Below, piece by piece: positions 39,107-51,179 of a stretch of 64,000 nucleotides of DNA. Below the pieces are notes generated by a model. It made no database searches. It was not told where the DNA came from and saw nothing but the letters and a program-made list of their open reading frames with translations. The position numbers and the translations under genes are program-made. The first letter of the stretch is position 1. Each line of letters starts with the position of its first letter. The stretch is from Podarcis bocagei (lineage: Eukaryota): NCBI GenBank assembly GCA_964188305.1, contig OZ076893.1. The stretch is one strand, 5' to 3'.

Positions 39107-40317
39107 GGATATTAGAAGCTAAATACGTTTGATTAGCCATATCAACTTGTGTAATACTAATAGACTATGATTGTTTAGAATGCTTCTTTACTGGAGTCTC
39201 TTGCTGCCACTTCCATTACTAAAATATATGCTTGCCAGAATCATATTCTTAGCTACAGAAACCTTTCACGTTATTAGAATGGCAAAGTTTGCTATGCTGT
39301 GTAGAAGACAAATGCCATGTAGTTTCATACTGAATATTTATACTGAGTATTAGATTATAAAAAATGCATTACTATTTTAGCTTTAAGAAGGTTAAATGCT
39401 TGGGAGTCATTTAAACTCTAATTAATTTCTCTTAATAGCTGTCTACTTGCAAAGGACAGTGGTATGATAATTGTTTTTTGATGGTTAGTGTTTTATTTAG
39501 AAGCCTCCTTCCCTGGATCACGTGAGTATAAAAGAATATTACACGTCATATGAAAAAACCCAGGACTTCTGTATACTTGAAATACATAAACATTTGCAAA
39601 AATATTTTCAAGTCTTAATATTTTTTTAAGTAAATGGGTTTTTTATTCACATGTAAATTTGTATACTGCCTTATTCAACACATTATGGATTTTGTGGTTG
39701 CAATAATGTTTCCAATATCTCTTTAATAAAAAATGTGGAAGGTTTCTGAGCTGGCATATGTATGGCTACTTCTATGTTAATATACATTGCACAGAGGCAA
39801 GTGGTTTTAGCCCTGTATATTCCATTATTTGCCAGATACAAGAGTGGCCAAAAAATCGACAACAAAGGCTGACTTGCTACTTGTTTGGAAACTGCAGTAA
39901 ATTAAGGGCCATTGCACTCATACTACAATCCTACACTGGTTTATTGCAAAAAAAATCCTATTGAAATCCATGTAAGATTTATTAATAATTAAATATGCTT
40001 AAGACATTTTAGAATGCATTTCAATAAATTTGAGTTACTATAATTATTTCTAAAAAAGAAAAGGCATTTGTCTAACACCTGTCTCTAAAGATCTTCTGCA
40101 AATTTATGATGAGACCCTGATACCAGTAGAGCTGATAGAATTTTTTCTTCATCTTTTACTAACTTTTAGGAGAACAAGATCAACTCTTCAGTTTTTGGTA
40201 TTTTAATTGAATTAGATACTATGTAACCATGACCTAGAAGTCTTTTATGTTTTAATCTTTTGATGTAGTATTCCCATGGCAATATATAAGGGCTCTCGCT
40301 AAGTGTTGCTCTCACTA

Positions 40318-40322
40318 ACACA

Positions 40323-40382
<60 letters not shown>
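40318..40382. repeat. Compound (CA)n(GA)n microsatellite
   Basis: Direct reading. Confidence 0.97.
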
Positions 40383-40384
<2 letters not shown>

Positions 40385-40435
40385 CCAGTGTTGTTATAAA
40401 ATAAACTTGCCAGCTCAGTATTATTATAGGAAGTA

Positions 40436-40808
40436 CCATAATTTTCCATCTATAAGATGCCCCCATGTATAAGATGCCCCCTATTTTTAGGGACTCAAAT
40501 TTAAGGAAATTGGGGGAGATGGCACAGAGTTGTTGAGCTTGGGGGGCAGATTGCTCACCCGAATGCATCACAAAATCTGTGTCCCATCGCTGGCAGAAGC
40601 TGCCTATCACCCACCCAGCTGCCAGAACATCAGCCAATCAACACCACCCATTGACGCAGCAACCAATAACACGCACAATAGCTACTGACAGCTGCAGCAG
40701 CAACTAATCAAATGCCTACCCTATGCACTACCCATGTATAAGACGACCTCCACTTTTTAGCATGATTTTTAAAGAAAGAAACATAGTCTTATACACGTAA
40801 AAATATGG
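40436..40808. mobile_element. TcMar (Tc2/pogo-like) non-autonomous element
   Basis: TA|CCATAATTTTCCATCTATAAGA...TCTTATACACGTAAAAATATGG termini; subterminal CCCATGTATAAGA repeats. Confidence 0.75.
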
Positions 40809-41198
40809 TGACTGGTGTGCATGTAAAACCACCTGATGCTCTAACTTAGTAATTCAGTTTTCAAAGTGTATTCTGCCTGTGGCTACTCAATGGAAAATAA
40901 TTGCAATTTTTGAAGTCAAAACCATGGAATGGGTCCCTCCAAACGTACTATGTAATGAGAGAGTACCCTGCATGGCAGCTGCCACTCCCCAACCTTCCTT
41001 CTAATGTTGACTTTTATACTGTTTGTTTTGTATTGTAAACTGGCCCAGAGTTATATATGGGGTTCTGTAGAAAATAATGAGTATAGGTGTTTGGGATATT
41101 GCTACCCACGGTGTGTCCGAGATGAGAGGTTTTTTTTAAAAAAAAAAAATCCCCATGTGTGTAATCTGTACATCTTTGTTATTTCTGTTGTTATGTAG

Positions 41199-41308
41199 GA
41201 GCCGTGCTTTTGGCCAGCATGCAGGGATTAACAGTCAATATCGATCCGATTTTATATACTTGGCTCACGTACCAGCCTCAGAAGCGAAGCAGCAGACCGA
41301 TGCATCAG
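41199..41308 (+). CDS. VPS13B: VPS13B internal coding exon, 110 bp, phase 1-0
   Basis: atgtag|GAGCCGTG...CATCAG|gtaaga. Translates (G)AVLLASMQGLTVNIDPILYTWLTYQPQKRSSRPMHQ, in frame with the previous exon; matches recalled VPS13B NIDPILYTWLIYQPQKR. Confidence 0.95.
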
Positions 41309-41525
41309 GTAAGAAATACTGAAATGCCTTCTCTTTGTGTGTACTTAAGTAGCATGTCTTGTCTACATTAGTGGGAGAGAAAACGAATGCCATCATCCTG
41401 CATCTCTTATAAGTATCTTGCTGTTATTCAATAGTAGAAGCACAGCTGTGCTTATTGTTAAAAATAGGAGTCTTCTGTTTTGTTAGTTGTTGCCTTATTT
41501 TATGTTCACTGTATAAGTGTGTGCT

Positions 41526-41526
<1 letters not shown>

Positions 41527-41562
<36 letters not shown>

Positions 41563-41584
41563 TATCTATCTATTATCTATCTAT
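41527..41584. repeat. (TATC)n microsatellite, interrupted
   Basis: Direct reading. Confidence 0.95.
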
Positions 41585-43087
41585 TTTAGTTTACCCCCTT
41601 TGAGGACATCATCATTGAAAATGTAACTAATAAAATCAACATATTTTATCCCCTCTAATGTAAAAAATGTATCTTTAAACAGGTAATTTGTGTGAAAACT
41701 GACTTCATTTTAATGATTTATGCCCAGATTAAAAGAAAAGGTTACATTATTTTTAGAGCTGTACGTAATAATATACTGTATAGGTAACATACTTTGCAGC
41801 AGGAGAGGCTAACCTGTGGCTGTCCATATGTTGTTGAACTCCAATTCCTATCAGCCCTAGAGAGAATGGTCCAGGGAAGATGAGAGCTACACTTCAGCAA
41901 CATCTGAATGATATATTTGCAAATAGGATTAATAAGAGTTTTAAATTAAAATGTTAATATGTTAAGCTGCTTCTTTAACGGCTAGCTAAAAGTTGAACAT
42001 GGCATTGTATTGTTCATGAACATTCTTCTTTAAACGTAACTTTAGTTAGGAGCCTTATGCTTTCAGAATATAGCAACATATGTCATATTTGTGCTTTTCC
42101 CACTGCAAATGAAAACGCAAGCTAAATCGTAGCGGCTGTTACATATTTGAATAAGGATCTATGTAGTTCCTGTTGCAACTATGTGGTTAGTGCTTTAGGG
42201 GCAAAAGAGGATGTTTTCCCATATCTGCATTTGGCTTCCGCATGTATCTGAACATTTCTCCCCATTTTGAATAGTGAACAATGTGGACATTCAGGTTTTA
42301 AAAAAAATAATAGTAAAGGTCCATGAAAAAGTTTATGAATGCCTGCATAAATCTGCATAATACCTTCTGACTTTCTTTGCTGATCACTAGTAAAATACAG
42401 TATTTCTTTCTTTTTTTAAAAGAAAAAACAGATAACTTAAGCTCAACTAAAAGTGTTGATTTATGGAAAACCAAGTTCATAATTATCCAGTATATCATCC
42501 AGTTGTGATTATCACGCAGGCTGTCCAGAGTCTAAGCTGTGCTGCTGATGCCACAACACCTCGGGACGCACCCGATCTTTAAACAGGATATGCAATAACA
42601 AAGGGGAAGATTCAAGGGGAATATAAAGGTAGTGGGAAAAGTTTGGACGTTGATGTCATTGCACAAACTTAACTGTCACAGAATGTAACAATAATAACTG
42701 CTGCCCTAGTGGCTGTGCAGCATCAGTCACAAGCACAAAACACTCGATAGATTCGGCTGTTGCACTGTGCTGAGAGCAATTTTCCCAATAGCGGAATGGT
42801 TGTTGTGCTTGTGGGCTGCAAAAACAGGAGATGACCCAGTGTGTAATATGCCTTCAAAGTCTAATATACTTATTTAATGGGGTGGCCAGTGCCCACTAGA
42901 CTTAGTGGGGCTGCTAAGAGGTCATGGACGCATGGGCAGTGAGTGGCCAAGTTGTTCTGGTTCACTACCCAACCCCCTTGCAAATTACTGTGGACACTTC
43001 AAGCATTGCAGTTTGACTAAAAGCACCTAACTAAAAGTGTCTTACTTTGATTCAGAAGGGGTCTCTGTTGACACAATTTCTGAGTAA

Positions 43088-43162
43088 TGTACATTACTCA
43101 GAAGTAAGCCGCACTGAATTCTATGGGGATTACTTCTTGGTAAGTATGTACAGGATTGCATC
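43088..43162. repeat. About 85-bp hairpin interspersed repeat (small MITE-like lizard element)
   Basis: TTACTCAGAAGTAAG...CTGAATTCTATGGG...TACTT...GTAAGTATGTACAGGATTGCA. Decayed relatives at about 515-602, 29578-29667, 39920-40003 and 54815-54905. Confidence 0.6.
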
Positions 43163-43914
43163 CTGAATTGGTTAATCTTAAAGGTACTACACAGGACTGT
43201 TAATGGGGCCCCATAATTTTCCGGACCTATGTGAATAGATTATTTCCTTCTCTATCTTATTCACTTCTAAATCCCCACCCCATCCCCGAATGCAGGATAT
43301 GGTGGAAGGATATTTAAGTGGAGTAGGACCTAGGAGACCAAGATTAAAATCAGCTATGAAACTCACCATGTGACTTAGTGCCAGTCACCATCTCTCAGGC
43401 TAACCTACCTCACAGGGTTGCTTTGAGCATAGAATGGGGAAAAGAAGACTCATGAATGTCATCTTGAGCTCCCAGGAAGAAAGCTGGGATGGATATAAAC
43501 GTAATACGGGCACATAAGGAACAAATAAAATAAGGTTCTCTCCAGCCAGCTTGCCCCTGATTTTGAACTGGGGTAGGGGGTCCAGTTCAGAATAAGGAAA
43601 AAAGCCTAACCTGAAAATCAAAGAAAAAGTAATCAGGGACACAATCAAGATATTCAGGCCTTGTAGGCCCTCGGCAAATCCAATTTGTCTGCTGGGACAA
43701 GTTTGCCTAAGTGTGTAAGTCATGATCCCATACGACATATGGGCACTGCAGCCAGAGTTCTCATCTGCACTGTCCTATTTTTTGTAATAGCATTTTAAGT
43801 TTGCCAAGGTGTTTTTTTATCCTCACAACAACTCTGTAAAGTAGACTATAGTCCAATTTTAGCAAAACAAAAACTGCATCGCCATCAAGTTTATTTTATT
43901 TTATATTATTTTAA

Positions 43915-44077
43915 AATTATGGTATAAGCTTCGGGAGGGGGCCAAAGTCCACTTTATCGTGTGCAGTAGGCTTGGTAATCATGAAAGTTCATGGAATAAA
44001 ACATTTTCTAACCTCTAAAGTGCTGCTTCACTATTTCATTTCCACTGTAAGCCATGGTTAGTTGGCTGCCCCTTTGA
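43915..44077. mobile_element. Decayed Penelope-like terminal repeat pair, inverted
   Basis: GGTATAAGCTT...AGTCCACTTTATC, then ATGAAAGTTCATG...AATAAA...TCTAAAGTGCTGC...GGCTGCCCCT; resembles both strands of the 53887 element end. Confidence 0.45.
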
Positions 44078-45381
44078 CTGAAAGCATACCAGAGTAATGC
44101 TCCCAACACTGCAAAATGAGCCAGTGACAGATAGGAACATTAAGTTCAGTCCCCAGATCCTCTGATGTGGCTCTTCGTTAAAGTTATGAGGACAAGGAGG
44201 CACTTGCCAATAGGCTTATTGAGAAGGAAAATGTGTAGGCAATATTCCACCCAATCAAAATGCTGTCTAAGTGGTTTAACAATTAGCACCACTCATTCCT
44301 CCTCTTCTCAAACTACATCTTCCTCTCCCAGAGGAGACAGCATTAGGAAGTATAAGTTCCAAAAATAAATGCCATGAACATGTACAGAATTCACCAGCAT
44401 CACCAGTGAGGAAGCTCTGCTGCTATATAATAAGATGATTCCACAACAGGTATCCTTTGCATACATCATATAAGCACCACAGTATAAAATCCTGCAAGAT
44501 CAGACAAAAAGCCCCTCTAGTCCAGCATCCTGTTCTTACAGTAGCTAAATAAACAACCCCCATGTAGCATTTTTAAACCTAAAACACAGGAATGCAGAAC
44601 CTCAGAACTTGTCTCAAACCTAAACACACATGGACAAAACCTGTAGTTCCAATTACCCACGAGTGTTAAAAATTGCAACACACACAGAATCCACCCACCA
44701 TTTCTTCTCCATATCCTTTCCCCCCCGCCACAAAATATTTACAAAGTATAAAGTGAAAAGTTGATAATATTGAAAGATATTCACACACCCCACCATTGTT
44801 CTCTTCCTAACAAATACTAACGAAAAGCTAGCTGCTCTAAGCTAGCAACCACACCGTTCGCCATGCTAGCTAAAACGAATGTGCTTTGAAGTCTGGGCAT
44901 TGCCCTAGGGCAGCCACGAGCATGCTTGGACTGCCCTTCAAGGTAGCCCTCCTAGGCTAATACTGAGACTGCTAGTTAGCCTCATAACAACAGATAGAAT
45001 ATAGTGTGGCTGCGTTTCAGACCATCCAGTCACATGGTTTCCTATTTAGAGACACAGGGGAGGGACCTGTGTGCCCTCTCTGTATTTTTACAGAGACCTG
45101 ATTGGCTAGAGAACTGTAGATTGACAGAAATGCTTGCAGAGCTTCTCCACGTCCAAACAGAAGTATAAAATGTGTCTGGGACAGGAAAGAGTGTGTAACG
45201 TTGACATTTTGTGGGGGAATATATCTTTTTAATTGCTTGACATTTTCCTTGGGAGGGCTGTACCATAGTGGACCTGCCTCCACTGAATGTTTTTGATATT
45301 GCTTTTGTTATATAATTAATAACATCAATTTTTCTAATATACTCCTTTATAAATCCACTTGGTTACTTTTGTACTTTTACA

Positions 45382-45779
45382 TGCTGATTGCAGCGTCTGG
45401 GCTTGATGAGGCATGTGGCCCTCACCTGTTCTGTACCTCCTCCAGCTGAGGAATCACACACCTCCTCCCACAGCTAGCGAGCCTCACCTGGCCAGCTAGA
45501 GAGCTGGGCCATGGGCCTTTGCCTGCCTTAGCCAACTAAAGCACCCCTCCTGCTGTTCCCTATGCCTCAGAGCCTGCCGTGTTCATGGGGACAAGGGCCC
45601 CCCTGGTGATGGGTCCTGCTACTCTGGTTTCTGTGAACTGACCCCCATTGCCTCTTCATCCTCCATACCCTGTGAGTACTTCCTTCCCCATCCCCAGCTT
45701 GCTCCGGTATATCGTTGTCCCGGCTGCACCCCTCGTGGGATCCTCTTCCTCCTTCCCATCATCCTGCCAATTCATGACA
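45382..45779 (-). mobile_element. Possible solo LTR remnant (Gypsy-like)
   Basis: GC-rich island in AT-rich flanks; the minus strand starts TGTCATG and is purine-rich. No TSD confirmed. Confidence 0.35.
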
Positions 45780-46085
45780 GATATTGGAGTTGAAAAGAAA
45801 TAATAATTACTTTAAATGCTGTTGCTGAGGTATAAAGAAGCTTTTTTTTAAAAAAAAAAAATGAAGGTGACCATCAATAGTATTGCGTTAATTTTATACC
45901 ATGTGGTGAGCCACGAGGTAGGAAAATACTATTTTTATTCATACCAGCCTTCAAGGAGCTCAGAACCGCAAATTTGTCTTCTATCCAAAGTACCAGCAAG
46001 GCCCAGACTTCATTAATTCCCTTTAAACATCCTTAGACTGGTCTCTGATCTGCTATGTGTAATATACAATCTGTATACCAGACAC

Positions 46086-46086
<1 letters not shown>

Positions 46087-46126
<40 letters not shown>
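46087..46126. repeat. (TAAC)n microsatellite at the tail of a minus-strand SINE
   Basis: Direct reading. Confidence 0.95.
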
Positions 46127-47943
46127 ATATGGGACATGTTTCCTCCAAGGAGCTCAAGGTGGCACATGTTTCTCCTATGCATTCCCCCCCCCTCAAAACA
46201 ACTGTTTGAGGCAAATAAGGCCAGAGATGGTAGCAGGCCCAAGTTCACCGAATAGCCTTCACAGCTGTGTTGAGATTTGAAATTTGGTCCTCCTAGTCCT
46301 GCGGTGACACTCTAGCCACCACACCAGCTCTCTCTCAGCATATGTCTTTTTTAGCATAAATAAATAGTTTATTGATCTATGGCTGGATACTTTAATTTAG
46401 GACTTAAAATAGTCAACATTCATTCAGGGGAAATGTCAAATTGAGTACCCTTGATAAAGCTCACTTTTGAGGGTCAGTCTACTATTTGCTACATTTTAGT
46501 TAATGTTTTCCAAAAAAAACCACATGTGGGTTTGGCCACATTAATCCCATTGACTTCAACAAATAGAAAGCCTCTTCCCCAGCTTTGAAAATATACCCCG
46601 TAATGCTTGCTCTGTGGCTTTAGATATTTTCCACAGTGATGCATTAAAAGGTTAGGTAAAAGCCATGTAATTATTGTGCATTCTATACAATCTTGCGACT
46701 GTTCAAGAGAGGGGGGGAAAGCATATGTCCACATGTGTTCTCCTCTAACCATCTGGTCTACATCAAGACAATATCTGCATTAAAAATAGCTGTAGTGTTC
46801 TATATTTGTCAGCCTTCCTTGAAATACAGTTTTCTAGTGGAGATCAATTTGGACACAAAATTAAGACACGTGTGCATTGCGTGAAGGGGAATTGTGAGTG
46901 GAATGAGGCTGCAGGGCTGTGCAGCGTTAGGTGTAGATGTCTGTTAGAGAAAGGTTTTCCTTTGCAAATGTCTGTGCCTGACGCGTTGCTGTCAGAAACA
47001 GAGTCAGACACACCTCATTACCTTGGGGCAGACCAGAGTTCTCCACTCACATCCCTTTGTTTGTGCGATTCCTCTTCATGCAGCATACAGTGTAGTGAAA
47101 CGTCCTGTATATACTTGTAACTACCATAACACTTTTGTTTGCACAAAGAAATGAGAACAGTGAGAGTTACTAGTTTATAGACCTGGAAGGTTTATTTGTT
47201 TGTATGAGGACCAGTTATAAATCATCTCCATACTATTGGTGATTCCGCGGTTCTCAACAACAACAGATGACTCTTGCTGTTCTTTATTAAGCTTTGTCTT
47301 AGGGTCATCTGGAGAGGAGGAGGAGGCTTCATGTCACAAAAAAGGTCATTCAGGTCCCACTTTTCTGTGTGTGCAATTGGCACACAAACATTCAACCACT
47401 CTGTGTGTAGATAATCTGGACAGTAGTGTTGAAGGACTATGGCCCACTTCAGATGTTAGGTACTCCAGTCAACGAACCATGACTAGGTAATAGTTTCAGT
47501 CTCTTATCTGAGAGCCAATAATGGTTACAATGGTTCAGACATATTGTAAACCATACATGTGAGTGAGACCCAGGGTGTGAGCTCTATAGAAGAGGGATCT
47601 GTGCCAAAAATGTGTCAGACATTTGCTCTACTTTCCCTTAAGACAATTCCAGTGCTACACACCCGTTCTCCTATCCCTGGGAATTGGTAATAATGGTGGA
47701 CTTGGCCCCTTGGCTCCAACTTGAGGCACCAAATAAATATGTAAAAATTTGCAATTTCGTTCTGAAATAAATGCTAATTCGTGCTCCGGTGGATGTTGTA
47801 CAAAGGATACGTGCAGAATCAAAACAGAAAATGTGAAAAGCTGTTCTTATAATAAATATGCTATTGGATATTTTGCCGCTTCTTTATTGCTGTTTACTTT
47901 GCTATTAATTAGGTGAGTCACCCAATTATATTCTCTCCCTCCC

Positions 47944-48083
47944 ATTTATATTCCATCTTCCTTCTATAGAACTCAGAGTGGTATAAATAGGATTTCTTTT
48001 TGGTCTCCCATTCAGGCATTGACCAAACCAGTCCTGCTTAGCATTAACAAAGTTGCTGTATCATGTGTCTTCAGATCATGTCC
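47944..48083 (-). mobile_element. 5S rRNA-derived SINE with L2-like tail
   Basis: Minus strand GCTAAGCAGGACTGGTTTGGTCAATGCCTGAATGGGAGACC resembles the 5S internal promoter region GCTAAGCAGGGTCGGGCCTGGTTAGTACTTGGATGGGAGACC. A weaker relative lies at about 45935-46045. Confidence 0.65.
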
Positions 48084-51000
48084 ATTATGGTGGCTGAGTC
48101 TAGATTTTTAATGTAAAAAACCCGTAAATTGCCTTTGAAGAAAATGTAGCACCAGTAACTGCAGCTTGATAGTTGGCACGCATCCATTTCTTTGTATACC
48201 AGGAAATGGCTGTGACTTTATATTGAAAAGTATAAGGTTTTATTTTTATTGTTGTGTGACTCTCTTTTATTGCCGTCATGTCAGTTCCAAAGTGGTAATG
48301 TAATAAAGGTAACAGTGTATTATTCTATGTAAGTAGAACTGTTTTTGAAATGTGGAGCTATTCATTATATTTTGCTCAGTTGTAGTAGCCTCCAGTAGAA
48401 AAGTGTTTCCAATAATGATGTTGAATAAGTAAGCTGAAATCTCACTTCTTTCATTGCTTTTGTTTTTATTCACTTCATTTTGGATTTCAGAAATAGTGCA
48501 CTAGTCTTTGTTATTTTAACTCATTTGCAACTACTCATTCTACATGCATATTTTATGCCTTTGTTTTTCATCTGTTAATTTTTGCCTGCTGTAATTGTTA
48601 CCTCTGTTTTATATACATTATAAAATGAAAGAATAATAAAAAAATACAAAAAAGAAATAATGCACTAGTAAAACACACTGCATTGTTCAGGAGCCTAATT
48701 CAATTCTCTCCTTTCTGGAGAACAAAATAGCATAAATCCGTCATCACAACCCTTTCTGAGCCATGAAATTAGTTTTTTTTTCATGTGGGTCATACATCCT
48801 TAGCATTCCAGAGATGAGAATTTGAAATTTTTAATACTTCATACATGGTGCCATGGCACAGATGTTTTCAGAGCCCTAAAAATAACTGAGCACTTCTTTT
48901 AAATGATGCATTCTTTCAGAAAGCTCATGTGGCTTATTGAAGCAGAATGTTGTGACTGAGTCAGTCCAAAGTGCACATGCCAGATCTTCCTGTGTCCTCT
49001 GGCTTTTCCTTTCCTTTTGCTTCACAGCTCCTGTTGTTGAACTCGCAGAACCTACTTTCCAAACTTGGAGAATTTTAAAAACAGTTTGTGGTGTGGTGTG
49101 GTGTGGAGAGCTGCTGAAGAAAATGAACGCCTGCAAAAACCATTGCATGCTTCCTCTCCTTTTCACATTGTGTTATTGACTTGCCAGAATAGCAGTCTAA
49201 AATGTTTGTGTTTTAATGTGGATTTAGATTTTGGTTTTATGTGCCTTTGGTCCCGTCCCCCCGTCCCCCCAATTTCAATGCTGATCCTAAAGTTTCTGCA
49301 TGGAACTAAGTCAGGGACAGCCCACCCATGAAGTAGGGTGAAGCAGCTATCTCAGACAACACCCATGTGGGTCCCGCCCCCAGCCTGCTGCCTCCACCAC
49401 TGGCACCAGCATTGATTTCCGGAGAGAACTTCCAAAATATTACAAGCTCTCACAGAGCGCGATAGATCACGTAAGATCTCGCTGATGCCGCTTCTCTGTG
49501 GTTGGTGCTGTTGGCAGAGGAGGGGGCAGAGGTGGATAGGCGGCAGAGTAGGAACAGTACTTTGCAGCAAAATGGGATGTGCCATCCTTTAAGTAAGTGC
49601 CATTTATTCCGCCTGATCTTGCTCTATTCACATTCAATAGTCTTGTGGCAAAATTACTAATTTTCTTCTTTTACAGAAAAGAGACATGTAAAAGTAGGTG
49701 GACTAAAAAGACTCAACTATTTCTCAGTTTTGAAAAACAGGGAATTGTCGCTGAAGCAACTGCTAGGCAACTGTTGATTTAGTGTATATTTTGCTCAAAG
49801 GACACTAGCAGCCTCGTACTTGGTGTTGCTAGGGGATTCTAAGAAACAAAAAAAAAAGTTTTGAAATCAGATTGGCCTGCCATCTTGATGCGAAAGATGG
49901 ATCCTGATCTAGTTCACTTGATCCAGTGAAGTAGATCAGGATCTACTTTGGGTGTTTGTCTGGCAGTTTTATGTGATGCAACTAACCAAAGAGGTGACAA
50001 GATTTAAACAGTAACTTCAAATTTAAAATGAAACCCTATTGATCATACCAGTGAATTGAGATGTTGTTAATTTTGTAAGACATTTCTGGTATCACTTAAA
50101 TGTATATCAATACAGTTGAGTATCTTCATATGTTTATCAATTATTGTCAGATACATCATTTTCAAAATTAGCAGGAACTTTGGTGTGGATCTTTTTATTT
50201 GCCACATGCAAATTGCCATATTACCTCCTCATAATGCAGAACAATTCTGACTGTTGTATTTTCTCATTATTAAGCAGTTTTCTAGAGATAGTTGACATAA
50301 TTGGCATAGTTATATTTGAATAATTGAAATCTTTAATTCTCATAAATGCATTCCAGTTGCTTAGTTTTCTGTTAACTGGTGAGTGTTTTCTTCTTCTAAC
50401 GTTAAGGTGGCTGTGCAGAAGTGATAGAGATAACAAATCAATGTTGTATCACTTGCATAAGAATCCTTCTCATGTTCTCCAGCTGTGGTGCAGTTGTCAT
50501 TTGCTATTTTTTCCAACTGTAATTTCCTTGCTGGTTTGTGGCTAAAACCCAACATCTTGATCATTTTCCACCCAGTTTAAGATTGATCTTTCATTTACTT
50601 TATAGTTACAGCCAGCAGTGCCAAAAAGCTGGCAAAATTGTATTGGGTGTCATCAGCTTCAGCTTCAAGCTGAGTGCAGTGAGCAAAGATGAAACAGCTG
50701 TTTCATTGTCCAGATCAGCACCCAGTACATGGCCATAATTTTTTCCATCTTTCTCTGGCTGTGATCATTTTTATTTCTCCCTCATTTCAAATAGCATAGT
50801 GTACAATATTTACCCTTCTCTACTGTTATACCAAACTGACTCTATTTTCAAGCCATATTTTTGCATCAAACTAGTTGTACTGTCTCCGGCTTTTGTTTTG
50901 CCAGGTTTTCACCTTTCTTTTATATTTGACATAGTAGCATCTTGGCAACAGTATGGTCAGTAGTTGAGAAAAGAGGAGGGAAATGCCTTGTTTCGTACTT

Positions 51001-51179
51001 TTTTTTAAGAGGACAGTTGTATGTGGGGTTTTTTAGAATTGTAACTCAGAATTAAAATGACATGTAGCAATCCTATCTTCTGTATATTGGCATCCAATCA
51101 TAGAATTAGGAGCTAGACTTCAGGTGTCACTCCAATCCTCTAGTCTTAGTATGAAGAACTGGCTGCATACATAACTGCC

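Noticed and set aside
48001-48045. 5S rRNA gene
   Set aside because: Only a diverged fragment of about 45 nt, joined to a retroposon tail.
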